Shown here piece after piece: positions 49,020 through 62,439 of a DNA stretch of 64,000 nt. A program made the translations under genes and the position numbers. The notes below the pieces were generated by a model. That model made no database searches. It worked only from the letters and a program-made list of their open reading frames with translations, and was not told where the DNA came from. This DNA comes from Callorhinchus milii (Eukaryota), in NCBI RefSeq assembly GCF_018977255.1, contig NW_024704742.1, positions 22,136,001-22,200,000 on the forward strand. Direction: 5' to 3'. How positions within the stretch are numbered: position 1 is the stretch's first letter; each line of letters begins with the position of its first letter.

Positions 49020-52000
49020 CAGCAGAGAGACCAGGAGCGTAAGGAGGGATCTGAGTGAGGTGGAACAGAGTGAGAATTCTGTTAAGAAACTTGGTGATAA
49101 TGGAAATTCATTGCAGAGGGGGAAAGAGGTGTAAAATTATAAAATATATATTTATATTAAAATAATATAAAACATGTCTGGGAATATGGCAGGGCAGCTG
49201 AAACCAGCTGCATGCACAATGTGGGAACTCCAGGATGCTTTGTGTGCCCTGGACAGACACGTGTAGGAAGTGCCTCTGGTTTCTCGAGCTTGAGCTCAGA
49301 GTTTCTGAGCTCAAGGAGAGGCTGGTGTCACTACATAGCATACGGGAAGCTGAAGAGTTCATGGATCGAATGTTTCAGGAGGTGGTCACCCCACAGCCAC
49401 AGAGGGCTCAGGAGAGTGAGTGGGTGACCATCGGGCATGGTAGGAAGAGGGGATGGGCAATGCAGAAATCAGCTGAGAGTGTGGCACTCATAAACCGGTT
49501 CTCTGTACTGAATACACCATCAGAGTGATGACACCTCTGGTGAGGAAAGTCAAAAGCAAATGGATGCACAGGGGGACACAGGGAAGAGTGTCAATGCAAT
49601 TGTCATTGGGGACGCAATGGTGAAAGGAGTTGACAGGTGTTTCTGCACCAAAAACTTGACTCACATGGTATGTTGCCTCCCTGCTGCCAGGGTTGAAGAC
49701 ACCAACAACAAAATTACATTTGTAAAGCGCCTTTCATGTCAGGAGGATGTCCCAAGCCGCTGGACAGAGTTACGGACCCGAGCTGGGGGTCGAGGAGGGT
49801 GGAAGGCAGGGTGAAGAAAAGCAGGAAGATCGAAAGCACGGTCGAAGAGGAGGGTTTTGAGATGGGTCTTGAAGGTGGCAAGGGAGGGGGCGAGGCAGAG
49901 GAACTGCGGGATGGAGTTCCAGAGGGTGGGGTCAGAGTGGTGGAAGGCCCGCCCGCCAAATGGTGGGGTGAGCGAGGCAGCAGACGTAAAGCAGGCTGGA
50001 GCCCGCTGAGCGGAGGGAGCAAGCAGGATGGTAGAGGGTTAGGAGGTCGCAGAGGTAGGGGGGGAGCAAGACCATGGAGGGCTTTGAAGGTGAGGACCAG
50101 GATCTGTATCCTCTGTGTGATGGCAAAAGCCAGTGGAGTTGGGCAAGTATGGGGGTGATAGGGTCACTCTGTGCATTTACGCACATTGAGGGCTGAGATC
50201 CAACAGGGAGTGTATCAGAAGCTAGGGAAAAAGCTAGAGTAGAACCTGAAGGGTGGTGATCTCTGGATTACTCCCAGTGCCTTGTGCAAGGGAGTATCAA
50301 AACAGCAGGATCAAACACATGAATGCATGGCTGGAGAAATGGTGCAGAATGGAGGGCTTCAGGTTCTTGGGTCATTGGGACCAGTTCTGGGGCCGGTGGG
50401 ACCTGTACAAAGTGGATGGGTTACACCTGAACAGGCCTGGGACCAATGTCCTCGCAGGGAGGTTAATTAGTACTGTGGGGAGGCGTTTAAACTAATTTCA
50501 AGGGGGACAGAGAATCAAGATGTGGCATGAGAGAGGGCAAACAAGTTACACAGAGGGCTGGGAGAGACAAATAGCAATGTAATCAGGAGTAATCGCTCTG
50601 AGACGCTGTCCGGTGTCGAGGGCGCTATATAAATCCAAGTTGTTGTTGTTAGAATCCAGAAAAAGGGATTAGATGGGGGAGAAATGCAGAACAGACTATG
50701 TCGGTCTTGGAGTGCGTGTGCATAAATGCACGGAGTGTGACAAATAATTTTGGTGAGCTGCAGGCTCAAGTTGCCACATGGGGTTATGATGTAATGGCAA
50801 TAAAGGAAACCTGGCTCAAACAAGGGCAGGAATGGGAGCTGAATATTCCTGGCTACAATGTATTCAGGAGGGATAGGGAAGGAAAAAAAAAGGAGGGGCG
50901 GTGACAATATTGATTAAAGACACGGTTACAGCCCTGGAAAGGGACAATGTGCTAGAGGGTCCAAAAACAGAATATATTTGGTTAGAGTTAAGGAACACAA
51001 AAGGAGCTGTTACTCTGTTAGGTGTATACTATAGACCCCCAAATAGTGGGAAGGAGATAGACGAGCAAATCTGCAAGCAGATTTCAGAAAGATGCAAAAC
51101 CGATTATCCTAACATAGACTGCCAAAATAACAGTGTAAAGGGCAAGGAGGAAGAAGGATTGCTGAAATGCGTGCAGGATAAGTATCTGGATCAAGTATGT
51201 TTCCAGCCCAACGGGGAAAGAAGCATTGCTGAATCTAGTACTGGGGAATGAAGTGCAGCAGATTTCAGTGGGAGAGCATCTGGAAACAGTGATCACAGCA
51301 TCATTAGGTTCAGAGTACTTATGGAAAGGGACACAGAACAATCAAAGTTGAAGATATTCAACTGGAAGAGGGCTAATTTCAGTGAGTTAAAAAGGGACCT
51401 AGCCAAGGTGGACTGGAAAGGAAGATTGGCAGGTAAAACAGCTAATGAGCAATGAGAAGCCTTCAAGGAGATAGTTCGGGGACAACAAATTCATTCGCAC
51501 AAAGGGGAAGGCTAGGGCATCTAAACCTCCCTGGATGAGTAAGGCAATTGGGATTAAAATAAAACAGAAAAAGGAGGCTTATGATAAATGTCAGGTCCAA
51601 AATACAGAAAATAATCAAATACAATATAGAAAGTACAGAGAAGAACTGAAAAAGGAGATAAGAGGGGCAAAGAGATTGTATGAGAAAAGGTTAGCAGGTA
51701 ACATAAAAGGGAACCCTAAGGTATTTTATAAGCATTTAAAGAATAAAATGTTAGTCAAAGGTAGGGTGGGTCCAATTAGGGAACAAAGAGGAAATCTTCT
51801 TGTGGAGGCAGAGGGTATAGCTGACGTACTGAATGAGTACTTTCCATCTGTCTTCACAAAAGAAGAGGATGCAGCCAATGCCACAGTAATGGAGGAGAGG
51901 TAGAGAAATTGGATAAGATAAGAATAAACCGAGAGGAGGTACTAAAAAAGGTTGTCAGCGCTCAAGTTAGATAAGTCACCCAGTCCGGACGGGATGCATC

Positions 52001-52105
52001 CTAGGTTACTGAAGGAAGGGTGGAAATAACAGAGGTTCTGGCCACAATCTTTCAATCCTCCTTGGACACCAGGGTGCTGCCAGAGGACTGGAGGGAGGCA
52101 AATGT
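49020..52105 (+). mobile_element. Decayed CR1-clade LINE retaining its 5' part: ORF1 (zinc finger/coiled coil plus SGNH esterase) and ORF2 APE endonuclease; RT and 3' end missing
   Basis: ATG at 49186 (MAGQLKPAACTMWE…CRKC…LELRVSEL). Esterase motifs IVIGDAMV and DGLHLN. APE motifs CINARS, ETWL, GVYYRPP and GNSDH. Homology ends after DKSPSPDGMHPRLL…WREANV. Several frameshifts and stops; 5' edge approximate. Confidence 0.9.
49700..50168 (-). mobile_element. L2 LINE 3' fragment nested in CR1 ORF1
   Basis: Minus strand encodes DPITPILAQLHWL and ends in the tail aaggcgctttacaaatgtaattttgttgttg. Closely similar to the copy at 33073-33741. Confidence 0.9.
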
Positions 52106-53267
52106 CAAAAAACACTATCCAATGATTTTTTAAAAAATATTCAAGACATTTTAGTTTTAAACCCATATATAGATAGCAGTGTGCTTAAAGCAGGAATTCA
52201 ATGTCAAGGATCTGTTGACATTCATAAACTACACAATCCTTGCTCTCAATGGTTTATGACATCTTCAAAATCATTTGTTTTAATTACTGCTTTGTCACTC
52301 ATTGAAAACTATCTATTCTACTTTGTAATTAATTGAAGATTAGATTAAATCAGTAAAACAATGCTAATATTAATCTTTAGATTACTGCACACTATCTTTG
52401 TTGCCAGAATGAGATAGCACCTTTGTAGTTTCAATAATTTTTGGCACTGCAACAAATGTGAGTTTTAAGTAACTGAGTTTAGGTTTGATGGTTAGCAATA
52501 AAGTATCTTACTTGTGGCCTCCTGGCACTTCCAGCAAGGATTAATGTGTTAATATCCACCAACATCTACCTACTTAGGCGATCTGTACAGTAGATTTCCT
52601 TAAATTTGGGAAATTCAAACTTGAAGTGTAAACATTTGCTTAGTTAAAAAAAAATTTTAGTTCACTCATTTCATGGCTGTTTGTGGGACATTGCTGTACA
52701 CATATTGGCTGCGATTCGCTTGCAAATAGTCACTTCACATAATAGTATATCCTGTGAAGCATTTCGAAACATCCTCCCAATGTTGTGTGCTTTATCAAAT
52801 GCAATGATTATTATTAGTCCAATAATTAAATCTCTTACCCAATAGACTGTCATAAAGTTGATCAATTAGTTTGTTTGAATTTGTAGACATCCCCTGCACT
52901 TTGATCCCAAACAGTACATTGAAAGAGAGGAGGTAATGGGATCTCTATTCTAATAGGTTGTTGCCTGGCACTGTGAACTTGAAGCTCAATTTTGTGGCTC
53001 TGAAAAGTTGTACTAGTCGCTTGATCATTTCAGTTCTTCTATTCCATGCCATTAATGTAATTCAGGTTCTACTGAAGCTGCTTTCAAACCTATAAGCATC
53101 TTCTCTACTAGCTGCTTGCTAAAAATATTTGTAATTATAAATGACATCACAGAAAAGCTTGGCTGCTTGGAGAAATACACATATTAAAAGGCGAGTGAAA
53201 CAAAAAGTTGAAATTTATGTTTCTGTCGAAGTGAGTTTCTTAACCTATCGGGGGGAAAGGTCCTTCA

Positions 53268-53565
53268 CAACAACAACAATAAAATTACATTCACAGAGCA
53301 CCTTTCACATCGGGAGGACATCCCAAAGCGCTGAACAGTCAGGGGTCAGGACCCAAGCATGGGGGTGGTGTAGGGATGCGGGAAGGCAGAGACGGTGGGA
53401 GGGCGACCAAAGGCATGGTCGAAGAGAAGAGTCTTGAGACCGGCCTTGAAGGAGGCAAGGGAGGAATCGAGGCGAAGGGACTGTGGGATGGAGTTCCAGA
53501 TTGTGGGGGCAGAGAGGCTGAAAGCCCGTCCACCGATGGTAGGGTGGGTCGGGCGGGAGACATGG
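53268..53565 (-). mobile_element. L2 LINE 3' fragment
   Basis: Encodes PTIGGRAFSLSAPTIWNSIPQSLR…FKAGLKTLLF and has an L2 tail ending in (TTG)n. Confidence 0.88.
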
Positions 53566-53614
53566 AATAAAATACACAAATATTAGTGCAGCCTGGAACA
53601 AAGACTCTGATTAA

Positions 53615-54510
53615 AAACGTTACATTTATAGAGTGCCTTTCCACGTCGGGAGGATGTCCCAAGGTGCTGGACAGTCAGGGGTCAGGACCCGAGCATGGGG
53701 GAGGGGTGGGATAGGGGTGAGGGAAGGCAGAGAGGTGGGAGGGCGACCAAAGGCACGATCAAAGAGAAGGGTCTTGAGACCGGCCTTGAAGGAGCCAAGG
53801 GAGAAAGTGAGGCAAAGGGACTGTGGGATGGACTTCCAGAGTGTGGGGGCAGAGTGGCTGAAAATCCAGCCACCGATGATAGGGCAGGTCAGACAGGAGA
53901 AATGGAGCAGGCCGGAGCCCGCTGAACGGAGGGTTGGTAGGGAGTCGGCAGGTCAAAGAGGTAGAAGGGGGCAAGGCCATGGATGCCTTGAAAGTGAGGA
54001 TGAGGATCTTGAATTCGATCCTCTGAGGGATGGGGAGCCAGTGAGTCGGGCGAGGGTGGGAGTGATGGGGTCACGGAGCCTGGTGTGCGAGAGTACACGA
54101 GCTGCAGAGTTTTGGATGACCTGCAGTTTGTGAAGGGAAGAGTTGGGAAGGCCGATGAGGAGGGAGTTTCCATAATCGAGCCTTGATGTGACGAATTTGC
54201 GGGTGAGGGTTTCAGCAGCCTGAGGGGTGAGGCAGTAGCGGAGTCTGGCAATGTTGGGGAAGTGGTGGTAGGCAGTGCCAGTCATGGCGCGGATGTGGGG
54301 GAGAAAGGACAGTTCAGGGTCAAGCAAGTCACCCAGGTTCCTGACTGGCTTAGTAAGGTTGAATGTACAGCTGTGGAGGCTGATGCTGCCAGCGCCCGCG
54401 AGCCAATCAAGAGGGCCTCGGTCTTGCTGACATTCAGTTGGAAAAAGTTGTCCCTCCTCCAGGACTTGATGTCGGACAGACAGTCAGTCAGGACGCCAGT
54501 AGTCCTGGAG
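53615..54510 (-). mobile_element. L2 LINE 3' fragment (~0.9 kb)
   Basis: ORF 53953..54327 encodes LDPELSFLPHI…AAETL…SRLDYGNSLLIGLP…QNSAAR. Upstream lies CLSDIKSW…LNVSKTE. L2 tail present. Confidence 0.9.
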
Positions 54511-55189
54511 TTAAGGGTTAACCTGTGTGCAAGAATGTTTCAGGAGTGAACTTGACAGAGAGCTTAATTCAAATCGGCAATGTCTTGTGAGGTGGACCTC
54601 CATGTTCAGGATTTCAACTATTTGGATCAGTTTCCAGATCTCATAAGGGGCGACGATTCACCTAACAAGTTAGATTCATTTTATGCAAACTGGTTTGCAG
54701 TCGATAAAGCATCACATAGGGAAAAACATCCCAAAAATAATCAAGGTCAGTTTTCAGTGAGCACATTGCCAATTTTTGGGGACTATAGTGTGTGTAATGG
54801 GGTACTGCTGGAGTACTCCACAATACACCCAGGTGTCATTGTGAGCAGCGTCTGACAAGCTTCCTGTTGCTTGTCCAGCAACCCCTCACCCCACCCCATT
54901 AGGACTTCGGCTTCCATGATTAATAGGATCCAAATGGGCACAATCCTTGTCCCCAGTGACTGATTTGTCACTCCAAGACTTGTCAATGAGCTAGGCTGGC
55001 TGCTTGGTCATCAATTAACAGTGCCATAGAATATTGCAGTTCTACCCAGTTTAGGAATAGACTACCAAGACAGTCAGATTGACTTGATTCTGATATTCAA
55101 GTCCCAGGTACATCACCTTGGTGTCAACTCAATCCAAGAAGATCCTGCTTACCTTCTTCTGAGAAAAGTAGTCATGTGTTGGTCACCAG

Positions 55190-55790
55190 ACAACAACTTT
55201 GATTTATGTAGTACCCTTCATGCAGGTAGCGTCTTGGAGTGTTTAACAGCAGCAATGGCTTGATGCTTAGCCAGGAAGGGAGGTGAACTAACCAAAGGTA
55301 TGGTCGAAGAAGAACATTTTGAGGTGTAATTTGAAGACGAGTAAAGAGGGGGCAAGACAGAGAGATTGAGGCAAGGAGTTTTAGGGCATAGTAGCTTTGT
55401 GGAGCAGAGGGAATATGGGATGTGCAGAAGACCCAAGTCAACTGAGCAAAGCCGGTGGGTAAAGGAGTGGGATATGAGCAGATCAAAGAGGTAGGGAGCT
55501 GCCAGGTCATGAGGATCTTGAAATTCAATCCGTTCTGCAACACAGAGACAGATAAGAACAGAGGTTATGGGGTTTGGAGCCTGGTAAGGGTGATAAGAGC
55601 TGCGGAGGAATAACGTGGATCTTAATAGTGGACCTGGGGAGTCCAGTAAGGAGTGCATTGGAAAAAATCGAGGCAAGAGGCGAGAAAGCATAAGTGAGTG
55701 TTTCAGCAGCTTTTGAAGTAAGTTAGGGACAAAGACGGGCAATGTGGTGGAATTGGAGGAAGGCAGGCCTGCTCAGGGACCAATGTGGGG
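55190..55790 (-). mobile_element. Older L2 LINE 3' fragment
   Basis: Degenerate AAETL/PITSVL/RIEF motifs and tail similar to neighbouring L2 copies. Confidence 0.7.
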
Positions 55791-55900
55791 ACCAACAAGT
55801 TTAGTTCTCAGGGACCAACAAGCGTAGTTCTCAGACCAACAAGTGTAGTTCTCAGGGACCAACAAGTGTAGTTCGCAGGGACCAACAAGTGTAGTTCTGA
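55788..55900. repeat. Minisatellite, 5 units of 23 bp (GGGACCAACAAGTGTAGTTCTCA)
   Basis: Units start at 55788, 55811, 55834 (2 nt shorter), 55855 and 55878, with no spacers. Confidence 0.95.
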
Positions 55901-56048
55901 GCCCTTACTAAGCAGTTACCAGATACCTGGAACTTCTTGCAAATCTCTTGGTGAGCAGCATGTCTCAACGTTAAATTTGTGGCAGCATTGCCACCATCCT
56001 CCTGCCCACAGATCAAAGAGACCGAGTCATAATGGCTCGATAGTACGT

Positions 56049-56380
56049 GGAGTCCTGCAGCTCAGTGGTTAGAGCACTTGCCTCGCAAGCAAGAAACTTT
56101 ATGCAAAGTTCCTTGCTCCACGTGCCTGTTTACCTAGCAGTAAGTAGGAACCCGGTTGTTATCGATTGATGCATCGCTTTTCGGGGATAATAAGCCTGCA
56201 AAAATAATTTGGTCACTTAATCCACGGGTGTTTGTGGGACACTGCTGTGCGCAATTGGCTGCTGCGTTTTGCCCAACAAAATATACAGTCAATTCACTTT
56301 ACAATGTATCCTTGAAGCTCTTTGAGACATCTCAATAACGTGATAAGGCGCTATATCAAATGCAAAGATTATTATTATTA
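56049..56380 (+). mobile_element. Near full-length SINE, long variant
   Basis: Same head and tail plus the extra segment gcctgtttacctagcagtaagtaggaacccggttgtta. Confidence 0.88.
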
Positions 56381-59159
56381 CCCATTGAGCAATGGTTCCA
56401 CCAGCTGTAAGTGCAGAGCATCAGGGGCAGCTGTTTAGTTCTGTATATCAAGCCCTGGAATATACAGTATAAGTATGTGTTTACAATACCCAGCTTCAGA
56501 TAATTCCTTCCAACACCTGTCATCCAAACTTCAGTTTCCTCATCAATTATTCAATGGAAATTGAAATTAGGACAATCAGATCTCAGTGCCGGCCAACATT
56601 CATCTTTGGTGTCCTAAAAATACAATCAAGGTATGCGAATGGTTTGCTCTGTGGGCATTATAGTAGGCAGAAAATATTAGGAATAACATCCCGCAAGATG
56701 GAAGGATCTCTTTGAAGAAAATTTCATATTGCAGGCACCATGCCAAATTATAGGAGTTGTGCAAGTCAGCAGGATAGATATGCATCCAACACCCAACTCT
56801 TCAAACAGTACACTGTAAATGTAGACCTACATGCCACTAACCAGAATCTGAACGCCACTTCCTCACCCAAAGTAAAAGTCACAGCCCTTAGTGTCACTTC
56901 AGTCCATTACTTAGATTATGTTAACACCAGAGCCATATAAATGTGAAAAACTAAGATGAACAAGAAAAAATATACTACTTTAAAGATTAAATATACCATG
57001 ATGTTGATTTTGTAGTACATATGACTGAAATTGAAGATAAGATTTATTCTTATTTAATGTTAATGGTACATTAGCACATTGCTCAGCTTCTTTTACAAAC
57101 ACATACTACATAATCCTACAATTACATTTACTCAGCTGATTTCTCACACAGAATCAACTATTGTTCAAAAATCTCTTCAACACTAGACAAATGTTATACA
57201 GCAAAATTTACCATAGCTTATCCAAAATAAACTACTATATAAATATATCAAGGAAGGTAATGTAGTGGATACAAAATGACATGTTTTGTACAATGCATCA
57301 CAAAACCAGGTAAAATTCAGATCAGATGCCACAAAGAAAAAAGCATGAATTCAATAGAAATTACTGCCATTCAGAAACTTGATTTAAAAAAAATAAATTT
57401 CGTTCAATTAATTGACTAATGGGATCCATTTCCTGTTGAACTTTATGGAAAATCATCTATTCGAACCCTCCTATAGTCTTGCTACTTTAATTTACATATC
57501 TGTAGAGTCCTGTTCTTTTTTTCAAGCTCTTTGCCCTTTCAATCATGAAGCGTATTACTCCTCTGTCACCACAAAGCAGTTCCTAACAACAGGGAACCCA
57601 GCTGGGAAAGAAAGAGGGCAGCAGGCTCATGCATTAACATAATAATCCAACTGTGCTCCCATAGACCCTCAGGGCAGACAGCATATTAGCTCGGCATCCT
57701 GTGCTGGCCCGGCTGGAGCTGCCTCATCACCTGCCTGTCAACCTGTGGCAGTTGCAGCCTACGCAAAGGTACCAGACCCTGCAATATCATGATGTCCAAT
57801 CAGTCTGCTGTTAATACCAATACATCCTTCTATTTTGCTATTAATATCAGCAGAAAAATGCCTGAATGCTACTAGCAATAATAAACAAAAATTGTCAGCT
57901 AATTAAGACAGCATTTCTTGAGTTTTGCTACTGTAGGCAGTATTATTCCTGGCAGATTTACAAATATTGTTTTCGTAAGCAAATGTTCTTTTGCAGGTTG
58001 CCAAACAAAGAAGTTCTGTGAGAAATACACTTGGAGTTTTCTAACGTTAAATTTTTATGGAGGGAAATTAGACATGTACAAAAGTTTAAAGCTATATTTG
58101 CTAAATACTTCCCATGTATCATATAACAACCTTGCATTTGATATAGTGCCCTATCAAGTTGTCAAAACTTCTAAAGCTTTTCACAGGAGTTTATTGTAAA
58201 GTGTATATTTTGTGGGTGAATGGAGCAGCCAATTTATGCACAGCAATGTTCCACATTCATGAAGTGAATGATAATTTTGTTTTAATCTGGAGGATTGTTG
58301 GCACCAGCGGAAATTCCCTCCTCTTTTCAAACAGTATCATGGGATCTTTAACATCCACCTAAACAAGACTGGACCTTGGTTTAATGTCTCATCTGAAAGA
58401 TGTAAAAAATGCACTACATCCCTCTAACACTTGAAGAAATAATACGTACATGATTATGCAGCTGTACACAATTAAACATTAAAAAACCTTGTGTAGTTTT
58501 TCTTCCACGAGGCATCACATTAGCAGGGTCCCTAAAACAGTATAACATATCTGGTTTGAGAATATGAAAAAAGGTGTACAATAAGTTTTAAAAACATTTA
58601 ATAGCAGCATTTCCAAAGCATGATACAGTAGATAAATAATGGTATTGCATTTTTTATTTATATGTACACAAGTTTATTAGTCAGTTATAAATAAAAAAGC
58701 ATTACTCAGATTTGAATCATTTTTATGGAGTACTATGTTGAAACATTAACTGAATAGCATAATCCCCTCTTCCACCAGAGAATAATATCTAAATTGAGTT
58801 GTCAGAGTGCTAATCCAACACTATTTTGGCATAGTATTTAGGGCTATAAACAGAATCAAAAGTGCAATTTATAATAACATATAAGAGATTATATCAAATT
58901 TCCTGATCCATATAGCAGTAGAAATAATATACTAGAATCATTGTGGTATCAGGTGGATCAATTGAAGTGATTGGATGCATTTTTCAAGAGATGGGATTGA
59001 GGTATATGGTGAGAAGGTATGGCTGGCACCCTTCAAATTTCATGGCATTTCTAAGACTACTGGTCCTTTACTGGTCCTGCAGTTCACCTTCCACCATCCT
59101 GGCATTCACATGCACAAACCTGGTAGTCACATGTTCTGTGTTCATATACTGTATCCAAA

Positions 59160-59510
59160 ATATTTCCCCCAAAAAATCTATAATTTGCATTTGAAAGAAT
59201 CAACACTTCTGCTTCCACCATGTCCTTACGGAGCCTGTTCCACAGATTTACCGCTCACTGACTAAAATAGTGTTTCCATAGATCTGTATTGAACTTACCC
59301 CCCGCCCCGATCAATTGCAGGCCAAGTACTCTGGTTCGACTGTTTTGGACAAGATGAACAGCTTGTGGTCTACATTATCTTGTCTCTTTAGAATCTTAAA
59401 AACATCAATCGGATCACCTCTCAACCATCTCTTTTCCATCTCCATTCACCAACATACCATAGCATGTAGGATTAGGAGTAGGAGTAGGCCATTCGGCCCT
59501 TCAAGCCTGT
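59160..59510 (-). mobile_element. CR1 3' remnants
   Basis: Minus strand encodes EKRWLRGDPIDVFKILK. 59455-59510 is a CR1 terminal segment (caggcttgaagggccgaatggcctactcct). Confidence 0.65.
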
Positions 59511-62439
59511 TTTTAAATATTCGCTTTATGTATTTACAAGCTTTGAGCAACTGGATAGTTTGTATAGCTTGAAAGCATTACAAGAACGTTCCTTGGATTA
59601 AATTGTTGTTTGTACTCCGTGTTCTGCAGTTCATAATGTACAGTTTGGAAGTTTGAGGAAAAACATCCTCTTCTGGTTGAATGTTTATGTACATTTCTAG
59701 AGCAAGCTGAAGCAGGTAGGAAGAATTACTGGCACATGTACATGGCACATGTCAGCCATCATTGTTAGCCCCCCCAAATACTAAATTCCACTGCCCTACC
59801 TTCGTTTGAAATAGCCTTGTGGGCAAGAGTTGGGTCTGTTTCCTCTATGTTACATTGAGTTTGCAATCTCAAATGGACTATCATTAAAGGATTCTTACTC
59901 CAAAAAACTAACTTCCCAGCCTAAATATATCCAAGTCATAAGTGAAGCTTATTTCAGTAACCTTAACCTAATGGAAATATCTGATGTACCAGGTATTATT
60001 CTAAGGTTAAGTTTAAGATAGAATGGAGAAAGCTTAACAAAAACAACTTGCATTTATATAGCTCCCTTCATACAGGGTAGCATCTCAGAGGCTTAACTTT
60101 AAATCTAACAATGCTAACCCAGAAGAAGTCAATATATACCTGTGTCATTCACTCCCCACCACAAAAATATATTTTTTTAAAAAATCAGAACAGTTGGTTA
60201 ACATTTTAAACATTAAGATGGAGTTTGTCTGCCCAATATTCCACAAACAGGTACAGTAAGTTATGGTAGTAAACCCTCAATCTGTCTTTACACAATGAAT
60301 TACTTATAAAACAGAGAAATAACCCCAGAAGGCAAAAATGGTAGAAGTTCAAAAGTATATTTTTCTTCATTTGAATTATTTTTAAAAAAATAATCAGGGT
60401 CCAAGCTCTCAAGACCAACAATGGTAAATTGCAGCCACTGAACAGTACAAGTTTACAGTACAAAAATATAATAAATATTTTGTGAGATTGCTAAAAGAAA
60501 TTAACAGTAACAAAATGAAAGGATTATTTCAGTTAAGAAAAAAAAGTCAGGTTGAGAATCTATTTGAACATATAAATTTTTTTAAATTAATTTTGTGATA
60601 CAATATGCTGTTCTGCCATGAACAAGCATCACATAAGCGCTGGTACTATTTGTTTAAACAAAATCGGATGAATTATAAATTCATATTTTGAAGGCACAAA
60701 AGGATTAAAAACCTCCAGTTTGACTCTTTATAGTTGATAGTTTGAGGCTTCCCTCGGAGCAAATCCCTCGTCTTTCCCATTCCCAAAGGGCATCTGGTAC
60801 TTGTTTAAATAAACAGAATTTCCTGAATAGCACTTCACTCAAGTTTAACCATTTAAAGAACTATGTGCTGTAAACATCTAACTGCACAATTCAAATGTTA
60901 GTAGTGATGAATACCATTTTAATAATTAAAATCTGTATTCAACAAAATGAAAACAATTGCATTTCTGTTTTTGTACATTTATTTTTAAAAAATTCCTTGA
61001 ATGAGAACTGAAAGAAAAATAACACATGATCTGCCCCAAAAGAAATACTGTAATCAAAAAACCTTTGATCTTCAGCCCACAGCAAATGCTGCTGTGTACC
61101 ACTGGATGGCCTTTGGGATTCTTGACGAACCAGACATCTGGCTACAAGGTTATTATTGGTTGATTTGGTCCTATGAGAATACAAGCAGTGACACAAGGCA
61201 GGGAGTGTCCTGGCAGGGAAAAAATTAGGAGCACATTTCGGTGGATTAGAGTTTGAAAATGGACTTCATATGTCTCGAGGGGGCCTTATAGCTCTTCTCC
61301 TATGGGGCTTCAGTGATTTCAGTACAGCATCATACATCACTTCAGAAAACCACAATCAGACTGTTCAATTAAATTTAAATGTTTGTATTCTGCCTTTTTT
61401 TCCCCCCACGGTTCTCTCTTTCAAACTTCACATACATCCAGCTCATCCAATTTACACAAGGTGCACATGACAACATTAAAGAAACCATAAATGTTGGATA
61501 GATTAGCTATCAAAATACTTCCATGCATAATATTTTGTATAATTGCATTACTTCTTTTAATCCATAACAAATTCACTACCATTTGTTCTTTGAAATAGGA
61601 CACCTTTTAAATAAGAATGTTAATTGATAAGGTCCAGCACTTATACTTTGATGCTTTGTACCACAAATACTGAAATGGATTTCAAGAATATGACAAACCA
61701 TTGTGTCATCTTATTATAAGGACTTCTAAGATTAATACCCAATGATATTCTCAATATGAAAATCAATACATTATAGTCGACATATTTGCATATTTTGCTC
61801 ATACAATCTGAAAAATATCACACAAAAAATCCTCCAGGAATAATAAATACAAGAAGCCACCAAATTTGACTGACTGCAACTATTATAAATATACAAGTCT
61901 TACTAAAATGTTAATATTTAATAAGGCAAAATGTTTTACATATATAGTACTTCAATAAATACTGATATTAGGAAATGAAAATACTCAAATTAATGTGGAC
62001 CTGGTTATTTAACTGGTTGCAAAAGTTCACGAATATCAATGAACCTTATACAACAGTAGGAGAGGAACTCAGTTAAAATCAAATAGTTGGGTGAATTGCC
62101 TCAAAATTTGAATCCAAATTCACTATTTAATTCTCAAAATAAAGCCTGAATAAATAAACCATTATTTAAAGTCACATTAAAATGTCACCACCAAACTAGC
62201 TTATTCAGAATTTGATTTGAGGATTAAACCTTATGGCAGTTCTTAATATCACACCCATTTCAGAAAATCAGATGTTAGAGAACAAATATTGTTTTAATGA
62301 GCCAAATCAAACAACTCAATTAAAATCATAAGGCACTATGACACTCACACATCATTCTGCAGGTATGGTAGCCATTATTTACATGCATTTTTCCAAAATT
62401 CGTAAATTAGGTTTCAATGCTTGGGACACTCTTCTTTCA

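Noticed and set aside
50253..50495. Cellular GDSL/SGNH esterase gene
   Set aside because: It lies between the CR1 zinc finger and the APE domain as part of a disrupted ORF1. Esterase-bearing ORF1s are known in CR1-group LINEs.
55788..55900. CRISPR-like array
   Set aside because: The units are contiguous with no unique spacers, there are no cas genes, and the context is a vertebrate intron. It is a minisatellite.
61001..61228. Nested plus-strand gene from short ORFs (also 13632, 17754, 54580)
   Set aside because: No recognisable domains and no consistent exon chain. The lengths are in the range expected by chance.
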